NCBI RefSeq assembly: GCF_001194135.2
Contig: NC_069004.1
Coordinates: 27,644,790-27,708,789, forward strand
Direction of reading: 5' to 3'
Length of the DNA: 64,000 bases
Origin: Octopus bimaculoides
Taxonomy: Eukaryota
Shown here: positions 51,409 to 63,480 of the stretch, in pieces
Layout: every line of letters starts with the position of its first letter
How positions within the stretch are numbered: position 1 is the stretch's first letter
Made by a program: the position numbers and the translations under genes
Notes under the pieces: model-generated
What the model was told of the DNA's origin: nothing
Database searches by the model: none
What the model saw: only the letters and a program-made list of their open reading frames with translations

Positions 51409-51935
51409 CCCTGATGCAGTACCAGGAACCTGGCTCTCATGGCTTCTGATCTTAACTGCTTGGAAGTGTTATCATGTACATGTTTTGTCTTGGTATAAAA
51501 AGATGGGCTACAACAAATATTCTGCTCAATACCATAGGTTTGCTTGACCTTAACCAGTTGAGCATGTCCCTTAATGGCTGACGATATGTGCATCTCTGAT
51601 CAGTAGTCGGGGAGCATTATAGCCATGCATCGAGAGGAATTCTTTGGAATTTGAATAATTCACCTCTGGAAACATAGGTGTTTTGTTCATCATCCTTAAA
51701 CAACCCTTATTCAAGGATCTTTTGAACAGGACAGGCTACTCGACCTAAAGAAAATTCTAACTGGGCCCCACTTGTTTATCTTGATACGAGATCACCATGT
51801 GGTTGTGATGCCTGTGCCTGGTGTACCCTTATCAGATGGGTAGTCATGATGGGTATACTGCGCTTCATATATTTTATCCTAGTGTCACTTTGATGACATG
51901 CATTGCTCTCTCTCAATAATAATAATAATAATAAT
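51409..51935 (+). mobile_element. Non-coding ~500-bp element with (AAT)n tail (family F)
   Basis: Complex, GC-richer block bounded by taataacaata on the left and a perfect (AAT)7 on the right; no tRNA head and no ORF. Confidence 0.5.
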
Positions 51936-52184
51936 TGTATTGAGAAAATTAATAATTCCCCAAAATAATTCGATAACAAAGCGATCCACATCCTCACAGA
52001 AATTCACTTAAAAGAAAAAAAAAAACTTCAGTAAAACACAAGAAAAAATTAGAATTTAAATGGCATTTTTAAAATTTAAAGGCATTTAATTGAACTTTTA
52101 ATGAATATTAAATACAAATGATTCAATATTTCTTTAAAAAAATGGTTTCGAAAAAATTATAAATATTCCTTGCCCACTAACAGG

Positions 52185-52351
52185 CGTAGACAAGGTTGTG
52201 TGGTTAAGAACTTAGCTACATAACCACTTTGTTCTAGGTTCAATTCAAGGGAATGACACATCAGGCAAGTGTACCTCTTGGGTCGACAAATACCTTGGGA
52301 ATGGAATTTAATATACGGATAAAAGAAATAAATAGTGCATCATATATAATA

Positions 52352-52393
<42 letters not shown>

Positions 52394-52600
52394 CATGTGT
52401 TTATGGTTATTCCAGACTAAAAAGAAATAGGTTGTGGCATGTAACTTAGTGGTTACAAATAGAGATCAATGAATTGAGATCAACAAATAAAGATCAATGA
52501 AATAAGAGCAAGACTGAAATAATTCTTTCGGTCAATATAATTGACTAAACCTATTAAGGTAGTGCACCAGCATAGCCAGTGACCAATGAAAAAAACCAAT
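52185..52600 (+). mobile_element. SINE family A-related, diverged, with (TG)n
   Basis: ggttgtgtggttaagaa.ttagct head, ggcaagtgt, central (TG)n, aacttagtggtt, gtgcaccagcat.gccag..accaatga. Confidence 0.65.
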
Positions 52601-52663
52601 AAAAGAAATCTTTGACCACTAATGTTGTCCTTAAGTTTTTCCCCCTTTCTGTTGTATGAAGGT

Positions 52664-52925
52664 TCGTAGCCTTGAGTTTAGGCTGTTGCACTCAGGATCA
52701 TAAAGTTGTGTTTTCAGTTCCTGGATCAGGTAATGCATTGTGTTCTTGAGACACACTCTTCATTTCACTGTGCTCCAGCTCACTCAGCTGTAAGAGAGTC
52801 CCAGCAATAGCTGGTAAGTTAACCTGCAATGAACCAGTGTTCCATCCAGGGGTGGAATTTTGTAATCTCAGTCACTTATATTACATAGAAACCAGATTAA
52901 ACTGTAGCTTTATGAGTCCTAGGAC
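52664..52925 (+). mobile_element. SINE family C, old copy
   Basis: Aligns to 22972-23231 (atgcattgtgttcttgag...cttcatttcac..tgctccag..cactcagctg...ctgcaatg.ac.agtg..ccatccagg). Confidence 0.75.
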
Positions 52926-53720
52926 ACGTACCAAAGTTTAATCTTAAATCTATTCAATATCTATAGCACTCATACCAACTTTTAGAAAAATAGTGAAGTT
53001 AAGCCTATTGGACTTATTGCCAATCATGTATATCTCTTTATTAACATTAATGCTTGTGTGAGTTAAAGAGTTAAATATCTAAAACTAAACTGCAATGTCA
53101 TCACAAATAATAAAAATAATCAAAATGATTGTAAAATTAATCATAAAAAAAATGTCTAAGTATTTACAAGGAATAAAAACTTCTGGCATGTTCCCATGAA
53201 GAAGCTTAGAGATATTAATCCTAAAATAAATAACAGATTTGGTTTCATCTTCCTTCTTCAACAGCCCCTACCTCCACTCTTCACATCTCCCCACTGCACT
53301 CTCTCTCTCTCTCTCCCTAAGTAACTGAAAATGAGAACAGAGATATGATGGAAATGAAGCAAACAGTGACTACTTGTGTAACTCAATTCACTTAACTCTT
53401 CTCACCTTCTTTTCTAAATTAGTTTTGTACTGTATTTATCGTATATCAGAGTAGGCAATCTATGGCTATAGCATCATCAGTTACAAGTTTCAAACGGGCC
53501 ACTCACTGCACTTCCGATGGTGAGAGGGACAAAAGAGTTGTCTGTAACTTGGTGCAAAACAACTATCATAATAAATTTCATTTGAAAAGTACCAGTTTTT
53601 GATTTTTACATAATGATCTATGTATGATTTCTCTGATATAAAGCACAGAAAAAATTGGGGGAGTGGATGGATTGGAGGGGGAAATCATCTTTTCTCATAC
53701 ATTTTATTTTTTTCTTCTTT

Positions 53721-53846
53721 CTTCTGATGAAGGAGTAGTGTCCAAAATATCAAGGCTAGGCTCTTGCCCTTCTTCTTGAATGTCAAACTAATACATTTGG
53801 TAAAACTTAGTCCTCCTTTGTTGTCTTCTTTTTGTGCACATTGCTT

Positions 53847-53850
<4 letters not shown>
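53721..53850 (+). mobile_element. Penelope-like terminal remnant with decayed minimal hammerhead core
   Basis: ctt-CTGATGA-AGGA-gtagtg-TCC-aAAA-ta-TC-aagg; reversing CpG-type transitions gives CTGATGAAGGA...TCCGAAACGTC. Confidence 0.4.
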
Positions 53851-53925
<75 letters not shown>

Positions 53926-54189
53926 CACTGTTGTGATCAGATTACTGGATGATGTTATGCACTGTGTTGTAGCTTTCAAATGATTCCATGTTGCAGGACA
54001 TAAAAGTCAATACTCCTCAATCTGGTAGGTGGAGATACTTGCCCAAGGTGCTGTGCAGTGGTGGGGTTCAACCCAGTACGATGTGGTTACAAAGCAGGTT
54101 TCTTAACATCACAACCATCCATGACTCATTGTTGCAAGGAATTATTAATATTTCAAATCCCATTGACAGTAGCTTTACTTTTATCCTTC

Positions 54190-54875
54190 TAAAGGCAATA
54201 AGATAAAGGACCAGACAAGTACTGTGCAATCAACTAATCTCCTCCTACAAAAAAAAAAATTGTTCACCAAATGCCTAAACTAGAATTGTGAGTGTCTCAG
54301 ACAAAATGCTTAGTAGCATTTCTTCTGACTCTTTGCATTTTGAGTTCAAATCCTCCTGCAGTTAACTTTGCTTTTCGTCTATACAGGGTCGATAAAATAA
54401 GTACTAGTTGAACATTGGAGTTGATGAAATTGACTTATCTTAGTCCCCTAAAATTATTGGCCTTGTGTGAAAATTTGAAACCATCATTACTTCTAGCTCC
54501 TTACTCTCTGAGCTCAAATCTTGCTGAGGTCAACTTTGCCTTTCATCAATAAATCAAGAAAATGAGTGTCAGTTGAGCACTGGGACCAATGTAATTGACT
54601 TACCCCTCCTTTAAAATTACTGGCCTTATGCCAAAATTTGAAACCAGTATTATCATCATCATCATCATCATCATCTAAGACAGCAAGCCGGCACAATCTT
54701 AGCGGAATTTCAGCCGTGTTTACGTTCTGAGTTCAAATTCCGTTGAGGTTGACTTTGCCTTTCATCCTTTCGGAGTTGATAAAATAAGTACCAGTTGAAC
54801 ACTGGGGTCGATGTAATCGATTCATCCCCTCCCCCGAAATTGCTGCCCATGTAGCAAAATTTGAAGCCATTATTA
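54190..54875 (+). mobile_element. Cluster of SINE family B copies (mostly plus strand)
   Basis: Three plus-strand copies (~54295, ~54500, ~54680), each with gagttcaaa...actttgcctttc...aagtac.agtt...aaaatttgaaacca(tta) tail; short reverse fragment at 54190. Confidence 0.85.
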
Positions 54876-54884
54876 TTTTTATTT

Positions 54885-55500
54885 GTGTTAGTAAAGTTGT
54901 TCCGCTAGACATTACATACATTCATTGTATCATACTGTATAGCCCTATGTATTTTGTTTACGTGTTATGTTTTGGTTTGGCTTATTATATCCGACGTGTT
55001 GAAAGTCTTCTTTATACATAGTAACATTATTATTTTTTTGTGTGTATGTATTTATGTAATCCTGTTACTATAATTTCCAGTATCTTTTTCACTCAGTTCC
55101 AAGGTGCCTATTATTATGGAGATTGCTTGTTTTCACCACCCCCACCATCATCACATTGCCATTGGTGCTTCTAATTGTTTACCATGTCTTTCAGAGATAT
55201 ATTGATATCTGTTAGAATTGATACGTCAGTTGGGAGGCATTTTTCTTGGTGTTTTTTGTCAATTATGTCTGAGTTATCTGCTTAAATGTCCTTTATCTCT
55301 GTGAACCAAATGTCTCGTGTCCCAGAGTACGTTCACTCTGTCAATCTCTGCAACCTTTTGTGATGTATGTGTTGCTATCTTTTCTCTTCCTGGATTATCA
55401 TTGTTTAGCTCTAAGTCAACCCTGATTGGGCAGAACTTTGATCAGATATGTTCCATACATAATCATTCTGCATTTATTTTATTTTCTCTTTTTAAGACAT
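54885..55500 (-). mobile_element. Second R4/Dong-type (RLE) LINE, heavily decayed 3' fragment
   Basis: Frameshifted minus-strand residues resembling ...VLWD...DII.KKHQEKCL..DVSI.TDINISLK... and ...ISIIIGTL (RLE endonuclease region). The 3' end finishes in aataaaaataataat against a SINE B tail. Confidence 0.6.
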
Positions 55501-55914
55501 ACATTATCTATTGTGCCATTTTAAGATAATAGAATATGATTTAAAAGGGATTTGGTTGCTATTTCCAGCGGGTTGAGTAATAGTGTAGAGTAATAGTTTT
55601 CAATCTTTTTGACTCCATAATGCACCTCATATTGAAATTTAGAAATTACTGACACAGAGGAAGGTGAAAAAGAAAAAAACTTGTGTATGTTTTACAGCTA
55701 AAAATTTTGAAAGCAAGTGTAGAAAACTGTTGCTTACTATTGATGACAAATCATTGTCTACATTTAGTTACCATTCTTAGCCAAAACACATAAGTACCCA
55801 TTGCAGCATACTGGTATGCAATGCTGCCCCATTTGGGGGCCACTGCCATAGTCCCCTTCGTTGGTATTGTTCTTTTAGTTTTTGAAATCCCCAACTCTAT
55901 TGTGATTTATTGTT

Positions 55915-56365
55915 ATTATTATTATTAAGGCAGCAAGCTGGTAGAATCGTTACCATGCCAGGCAAAATGCTTAGCAGTATTCCAACCGTCTTTTTGTTCT
56001 GAGTTAAAATTCTGCCACAGTTCACTTAACCTTTCACCCTTTCAGAGTCAAGAAAATATGTACCAGTGAAACACTGGGGTCAATGTAATTGACTTGCCCC
56101 ACTGGCCCCAAAATTTCAGATTTTGCGCCTATAGTAGAAAGGATTATTATTAATATTGTTGTTGTTATTACTGTTCTTGGGGTTGGGTGTGACAGAATTA
56201 GCAGTGCCTTGCAGTATTTAGTTACATCCCTTTACATTGTGAATTCAGATCTTGGGTTCAAATTCACCTTTCATTTCTTCCAGGGTTGATAAAATAATTG
56301 GTAGTCAACTCACTATTGGGGTGGATTCATTCAACGATATTTACTCCTACAACATTTGTATTATT
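55915..56365 (+). mobile_element. Two tandem SINE family B copies with (ATT)n flanks
   Basis: (att)n-aaggcagcaagctgg...gtagaaagg-(att)n, followed by a second diverged copy. Confidence 0.8.
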
Positions 56366-56446
56366 GTTAGAAATTCTTATGAATTTTATTTTAATTTTTT
56401 TTTTCTTTGTATACTATGTATAACCTCCCTTTTTGTTTATTGTATA

Positions 56447-56914
56447 TTACTCTTTTACTCTTTTACTTGTTTCAGTCTTTTGACTGTGGCCATGCTGGAG
56501 CACCGCCTTTTAGTCGAGCAAATCGACCCCAGGACTTATTCTTTGTAAGCCTAGTACTTATTCTATCGATCCCTTTTGCTGAACCGCTAAGTCACGGGGA
56601 CATAAACACACCAGCATCGGTTGTCAAGCGATGTTGGGGNNNNNNNNNNNNNNNNNNNNNNNNNNNNNNNNNNNNNNNNNNNNNNNNNNNNNNGGGGGGG
56701 GGGGGACAAACACACACATACAAACATACACACACACATACATATATATATATATACATATATACGACGGGCTTCTTTGAGTTTCCGTCTACCAAATCCA
56801 CTCACAAGGCTTTGGTCGGCCCGAGGCTATAGTAGAAGACACTTGCCCAAGATGCCGCGCAGTGGGACTGAACCCGGGACCATGTGGTTGGTAAGCTAGC
56901 TACTTACCACACAG
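56447..56914 (-). mobile_element. SINE family A, young, near full length (small gap inside)
   Basis: Near-identical to 26388-26780 and 60601-60995; CpGs intact. Confidence 0.92.
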
Positions 56915-57039
56915 TGTATACTTATTTTTTTTTTTGTTTTATCTCATCATTTCATTATTATATGTAAACCCCAACACTTTATGCCTGCCTTTGTATTGTC
57001 CTCCTCATACTTTGCCCTGGTGGCAAATAAAAGAAATTA

Positions 57040-57490
57040 TTATTATTATTATTATTATTATTAAGGTGGTGAGCTGGCACAGTCATTATCACACTGGGCA
57101 AAATACTAAACGGTATTTAGCCCATCGCTACATTCTGAGGTCAAGATCCGCCGAGGTCGACTTTGCTTTTCATCCTTTCGGGGTTGATAAATTAAGTACC
57201 AGTAAAACACTGGGGTCAATGTAATCAACTAGTCTCCTCCCCCCCCAAATTTGAGGCCTTGTGCCTCCAGTAGAAAGGATTATTATTAAGGCAGCTAAGC
57301 TGGCAGAATCGGTAGCACATCAGACAAAATGCTTAGTGGCATTTCTGCTGGCTCTTTACATTATGAATTCAAATTAAGTTGACTTTACCTTTTATCCTTT
57401 CAGGGTTTATTGGGGCCATTGTAATTAACTAACCCCCACCCTACAAAATTCCAGGCTTTCTACCTATAGTAGAAAGGATTATTATTATTA
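57040..57490 (+). mobile_element. Two tandem SINE family B copies: (ATT)n-B-(ATT)n-B-(ATT)n
   Basis: attattattaaggtggtgagctggc...gtagaaaggattattattaaggcagctaagctggcagaatc...gtagaaaggattattatt. Confidence 0.9.
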
Positions 57491-57492
57491 TT

Positions 57493-57526
<34 letters not shown>

Positions 57527-57610
57527 CCATCATCACCATCATCATCACCATCATCATCACCATCATCACCATCATCACCATCATCACCATCATCATCATC
57601 ATCATCATCA
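57478..57610 (+). repeat. (ATT)n grading to (CAT)n/(CAC) compound microsatellite
   Basis: Directly visible; source of the poly-M/V ORF. Confidence 0.95.
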
Positions 57611-58274
57611 AAAGTGTAATGGTATTATCATCATCTACATAGAGAGACAGCATGGTTACCATTTCTAAAGCATGTTTTCCTCACAACTCATTTCTGATAG
57701 CAATGTAGACTATAAATTGGTAAACATTATTTTAACATTTATAATTATTATAAACTAGTGAAAAGTATTGATACATTATATTCAAATCGACTGTGTTCAA
57801 TATATTTTATTGTCATTGTGTTTTAACAAGTACACTGAAAATTTATTGGTAGCTAAAGCTGCAATAGTAGTTGATTCATTTCAAAATAATCTTCTTTGGA
57901 AAATATATAACCTGCTACATACAATACACTATTTGACTTCTATAATCATACAACATGGTAATATATATAGAGAGAGATAGATAGATAGATTTATTCACAT
58001 TAATAATTATGGTGTGGGAGTATGCATGTCTGGGTGAATATAGAGTTCACTTTTAAACCTTGTAGTTTTGAGTTCTAGTTCACTGCATTGTACCCGAGGT
58101 AAGAGTTTCTACTTTAGCCTCAGGCTAACCAATGTCTTGTGAGTGGAATTGATAGACGAAAACTGTGTGGAAGCTCCTCAAATAAATGTGTGTGTGCGCA
58201 TGTGAATGTTTGTATTCTGTGTTTTCTTATGAAAACATTTAAGCTAAACAAAAAATAAAAATAATGTTAAGTTG

Positions 58275-58445
58275 TCATTCTCTATTAAAGCATCCTGTAC
58301 CACCATGGTTTCAACATGTTGAATTTTAAAACCCCTTGAAACACAGGTAAAGGTTAGCAACAGGAAGGGCATTTGGCTTTAAAACAACATCTCAGTAAAT
58401 TTTCATCCAACTCGTGCTTGCATGGAAAAATAGATGTAAAACAAA
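58275..58445 (+). mobile_element. Repeat family D, diverged
   Basis: ggttagcaacaggaagggcatttggct.taaaac...catccaac.cgtgcttgcatggaaaaatagatgtaaaa. Confidence 0.6.
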
Positions 58446-58479
58446 TAATACAGTGTACAATATACACGCACTCACACAT

Positions 58480-58690
58480 TGGTTCCAAATTTTGGAACAA
58501 GGCCTGCAATTTTGAGTGAGAGGGGTAAATCACATCAACCCCAGTGTTCAACTGGTACTTATTTTTATTGACCCTGAATGGATGAAAAGCAAAGCCAACA
58601 CCTGATAGTATTTGAACTCAGAACGTAAAATCAGAAGAAACACTGCTAAGCATTCATTTCCAGTATGGTACTAATTCTGGCAGCTTGCCA
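58480..58690 (-). mobile_element. SINE family B
   Basis: aacaaggcctgcaattt...caaccccagtgttcaactggtactta...atttgaactcagaacgtaa...aattctggcagcttgcc. Confidence 0.8.
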
Positions 58691-59649
58691 TAATATATTT
58701 TAACAGTTACTTAACAAATGTTATTCACATACAAATGGATGTAGGCATGATGGTGTGGTTAATAAGTTCACAAGTATAATGGCTTTATATTCAGAACCAT
58801 TGTGTGGCACCTTAAGCATGTGTTTTATACCATAAATTCAAGTTAACTGGGGCCCTGTCAGTGAAATCTGGCTTCAAGTGAAATTCTTCTTTCCTATTTT
58901 CTTTTTCTTTTATGGCTGGGGTGGATTACTAGAGTTAAACCCTCACCCATTTAGCACCACCTTTTATTTGGTAGGATCTATGTTGTTGCAAGCATTGGGG
59001 TTAGGTTTCCTGTCTGAGGTTTACATTCTCCCACCAGTCACAGAAGCCCTGAAGTGAATCAGGAAAAGTCTGTTTCATCCTCTGAAAAAGAAATTGGAAA
59101 AACTATCCCCATCAGTTATAGAGAAGAGTGTTCAATTGGGTAATCAACTGTTGTTGAACTTGCTACCTCTGGCTTGAATGGTTCTTTGGCATCTTCCTCA
59201 ATTTACCTGGCACTGGAATGGACAACTTCTCAATTAGGATAGCTTCTCTTTAACATGGTGTTGAGAACTTTTCTCAAAGACATTGGCTGTTCTTCTGTTG
59301 TAACCCTTCTTATTCATGGAATTTAAGGATTGATCAATGCATTTTTAAGACTTTTCTATTTAAGAATGAGGTTTTGAATGTGGTTAGGGCTTTTTAGTGA
59401 ATAAAACAGTTCCAATATGGCCAAGAGTCAAAGATAATTCCATTCCATTTTAACTGTTGACATCATCAACTGCTGAAATACAATTAAGTAGCAGAAAGAA
59501 TCAATTGAAAAATTAAAATAATTGTCACTACTCACAGGTGAGTATTAATATTACTGTGTAGTGTAGCTACTATATTCAGGTTGACAGTACTTATATTACA
59601 CACCCTAAATCATTGTTAATGACTTGGAAATTTCCTTTTAAAGCATACG

Positions 59650-59876
59650 AAGGGATTTTGACTGAATGTTTTTCATGCATGAAATGTGTGCAGAAGTAAT
59701 TGCAAGAATGTTGACAGATGACCATCAAGTCAAGAAGTGTATTGAGGATTTGAATAGAAGGTTGGAAATTGATCCTAATGTCATTTAATACATTATTACA
59801 TGATGAGTCATAAGGTGTGCAGCTATAACCCAGTCATCTCAGTGGAGGCTATTGAAACCACCCAACCACCACTGCT

Positions 59877-59928
<52 letters not shown>

Positions 59929-60460
59929 ATCACCATGTCAGACAAACCCAGCCAGGTAGCATTTACATTGTCGGTCAATCTCCTAGAGATAGCAACATTT
60001 CCTTTGTATTACACACCACTGTTTTTATGAGAAAGAGGAAAATTGAATACTCGAGTCCTAGACATACAATATATAGGATGGTCATGGCTAGAATGCCTTT
60101 GATCATAGGTAAGCATACTCAGGGCTGACTCGGGGCTAAACAGCAACTATCTCAGTAAAAACTTGCAAATATTTCAATAATACATGAAGACAATGTTGTG
60201 TCCCCTTCTTTTAATGTCCAAGGTATTTATTGTTCATCTGGAATTTGTACCACATGGTCAAATAGGGTCAAATCAAGCCTTTTATAAGGAAAATGTCTTA
60301 ATTCATTTAAAGGAGGGTGAAAAACACCTTGAGCTTTGGGAAAATAGTGGTTCCTATGACAACACACACACACACCTATGTTTCCATCTGGGAATTTCAC
60401 TAACTATGTGTTTACTCAATATTACCGTGTGAGATTTTTGATTTTTATGGTCTTCAGAGA
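59650..60460 (+). mobile_element. Mariner (DD34D-type) transposase relic, interrupted by (CAT)n and family E
   Basis: Frameshifted ILTE...MLTDD....LEIDPN...II(TG)DES..YNP, then KTML.....IVHLEFVPHGQ..NQAFYKE.VL.HL...HLELWEN...DN. Confidence 0.7.
59940..60150 (-). mobile_element. Interspersed repeat family E
   Basis: ctagagatagcaac...gatggtcatggct.gaatgcctttgatcataggt is the reverse complement of family E segments. Confidence 0.55.
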
Positions 60461-60600
60461 AGGTTCTTCTGTGCTACTTACTGTACAATGAGCATTATTA
60501 TACAGATCCACTTGTTTGATCCTTGATCACTCACCCAACACCTGGAGGCCAGATTTCAATGGTGCTTACGTTTCTATGTTACAGACTTTCCAAAGTCTCA

Positions 60601-60995
60601 GGAGGGGCTGTGTGGTAAGTAGCTTGCTTACCAACCACATGGTTCCAGGTTCAGTCCCACTGCGTGGCACCTTGGGCAAGTGTCTTCTACTATAGCCTCA
60701 GGCCGACCAAAGCATTGTGAGTGGATTTGGTAGACGGAAACTGAAAGAAGCCCGTCGTATATACGTATATGTATGTATATACATATATGTGTGTTTGTAT
60801 GTCTGTGTTTGTCCCCCCAACATCACTTGACAACCGATGCTGGTATGTTTACGTCCCCGTACCTGAATGGTTCAGCAAAAGAAACCGATAGAATAAGTAC
60901 TAGGCTTACAAAGAATAAGTCCTGGTGTTGATTTGCTTGACTAAAGAGGTGCTCCAGCATGGCCACAGTCAAATGACAGAAACAAGTAAAAGAGA
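60601..60995 (+). mobile_element. SINE family A, young full-length
   Basis: Near-identical to 26388-26780 including A/B boxes and CORE-like motif. Confidence 0.92.
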
Positions 60996-62579
60996 GAGAG
61001 AGGGAGAGTATGGAGAAAGCATCCTACCAATTTAAGACTGCGGGGCAGTCTTCTTGCTGTAGTTGAAGTCATTAGAGAAAGAGATGCATGCAGTTTGCAG
61101 AACATAATTGCTGGAGAGTTATGCAAAAACTCATTAGAGATCTGCTTCTATGGCTACCCCATCTCTGGATCTCCATGGATCACCCATTGAACGAAAACCT
61201 CCATCAGCCAGTTCTGTACAGACACAGGTTGTCACCCTGTTGACCTCCTGAATGCTGGATAGTGTGATCAAGTCAAGGAAATCTGAATGAACTAGACCAC
61301 ATGATAAGTTGCTGAAAACTGTTAAATGAAGCCGAAAGAAAAATTTGATCCATATTTAATAATAAGGCAGAACTTAATTGCGAAAATAGAGATTTCAGAC
61401 CCTGCTTCAAAATTTGGTAAAATTGTTGAAACAAATGCCTAATATTAGATGGAAATGCAGTGGGAGTATTATGAAAGGGACAGTTTTTAATACTGGTGTG
61501 TGTGTGTGTGTGTGTTTTCGAAAATAAATGTGAAGTCTTAGATGTGTTTGATCATGCTTCATCTATAGTTACTGTATAATTGTGGGCTCGAACACTGTTG
61601 CTGTAATACAGCTATTATATACTGGTGAACATTGCTATAGCCATATTCATGAAACATTAGATTCAGTATTCATCTGTAAAACCTTTTGATCCAGTTATAT
61701 ATGCTCTGCTACACATTTTATCACACTGATGAAGACAGAATTTAACTGGCATGGAAAATAGACTTTTAAGGGATATGACAATAACAATAATAATAATAAT
61801 AATAATAATGATAATAATAATGACATCAGCAATGATGATGATGATGATGATGATAATAATCATAATAATGAGCAAGAGAAGAATGGTAATGATCATAGTT
61901 ATGATTGATTATGTTGCTCTTTAGGCTGTTAGACTTCTCTTGGCTTATCAATTAAACCTACTGTTAATGTTATATGCACTTTGTTTGAACTGATGCAATT
62001 TAGAAATGTTCACGATCACTGACAGAAATTTCCTTTCATAGCTGTATGTTGCCATGACCAAAATGATGATGATGATGATGATAATGCTGCTGTTACTAGC
62101 GATGATGATGATTGTGGTGTTGGGGGTGGTGTGGTGGGTGATAGAATATCCCTTTCAAACAATAATATCACCTTACCTTATTAAATACATAAATATTACA
62201 TTTGCTCACGATCACATTTGAACGACGAGATCATTAATCTAAATTAATTTTTTATAACCATAGTTAGGATTGAAAATTGTATTTCAGTTTCTTTAACCTA
62301 ATTTTTCATCAAAAGCTGTGGTGGATATTATGTTGTTATTTTTTGTTTGTTTGTTTTCTTTTTTTGTTTTTTTTTTCCATTATTTTCTTTTTCATTTTGT
62401 TGGTAGTTATTGAATAGATCTGCTAATATCATTAACCCTCTATTTGAAGATCAAGGCTTTTCTTCAATACCATTCTTTTAACAAAAAAAGTAAAATATAA
62501 ACAAAAAAACACTAGTACCAGAATGTGTTGATATTAATAATTAACAAATTGATTTTTAGCAGTGAATAGGAAACATTAG

Positions 62580-62900
62580 ACATGGCTATGTGGTTAAGAA
62601 GTCTACTTTCCAACCATGTGGTTGTAAGTTCAGTTCCACTGCACTGCACCTTGGGCAAGTGTCTTCTACTCTACTTTTGCTTGGAGTTAACCAAATCTTC
62701 GTGAGTAGATTTGACTGATGGAAACTGAAAGAACATCATCATGTACATATATATATGCACAGCACCTTGGGTAAGTGTCTTCTCCTATAACCATGGCCCA
62801 CCACTGCTTTGTGAGCAAATTTGGTCGTTAGAAACTGTGAGGAACCCCATTGTGTGTTGTGTCCACCGTATCTGCTTGACAACGAGTGATGGTTTGTTTA
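62580..62900 (+). mobile_element. SINE family A, two partial diverged copies in tandem
   Basis: catggctatgtggttaagaag...caccttgggcaagtgtcttc; second caccttgggtaagtgtcttc at 62763. Confidence 0.75.
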
Positions 62901-63134
62901 TATATATTTATATGGAATAGACTTTGCTAGAGGTATCCATGGGCCACGTGGTGGTGCTACTCAGCGATAGAATAATTTAGTTCACAACGTGATATAGTCT
63001 GTCAACAAATGCTTTTTTACCTGGTATGATTACCATATTTCTATAATTATAGATTTCTTACATTTTCATTCACTTTGGAAGAAAGGAGTGTGTCCTACTC
63101 GCAGAGCCTTCATAATTTTCATAAGACTGTAGTA

Positions 63135-63480
63135 ATGGATGCTGTTGTATTCCTCTTCAACAAATATAAGTGATTATCTATAGAAAAAATATGAGCTGAG
63201 AGGAAATTGCAGAGGGATGACATTCTGGTGAGAAAGGATTGGGCACAGAGGTAAGCACATGAATTAGAAGTAAAGAGAGGGGTCAGTTTATTTACTATAG
63301 GAGGAGAGACAATTGAATTGGGTAGTCCTTGGTGAACATGGCATGAGACCAGACAAAGCTAAAGATAGTGTAATAGCAGTATAAGAGTCTGATTGAAGAA
63401 TCAGTATTCCTGTAGGCCAGAGGTTCAAGTATGTTTTGAAGTCTGAGATGAGAATGAATATCATTAAGAAAAAACATGGG
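63135..63480 (-). mobile_element. CR1/Jockey-type LINE 3' fragment, decayed
   Basis: Minus strand LQNILEPLAYRNTDSSIRLLYCYY and AQSFLTRMSSLCNFLSAHIF...LLKRN resemble the LAHRR..SL.LFYRYY / SF.PRTS.LWN.LP C-terminus of this group. Confidence 0.5.

Noticed and set aside
55590-55850. hAT/Charlie-like MITE ends (also 3686-3712)
   Set aside because: TIR-like ends are too degraded and no 8-bp TSD is visible.
58890-59460. Possible old RTE 5' UTR or other LINE fragment
   Set aside because: Only vague motif resemblance; no interpretable translation.
59530-59546. tactcac-ag-gtgagta palindrome giving donor sites on both strands
   Set aside because: All upstream frames are closed; a 7-bp stem is within chance expectation.
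61100-61340. Possible mariner N-terminal fragment
   Set aside because: No diagnostic motif recoverable by eye.
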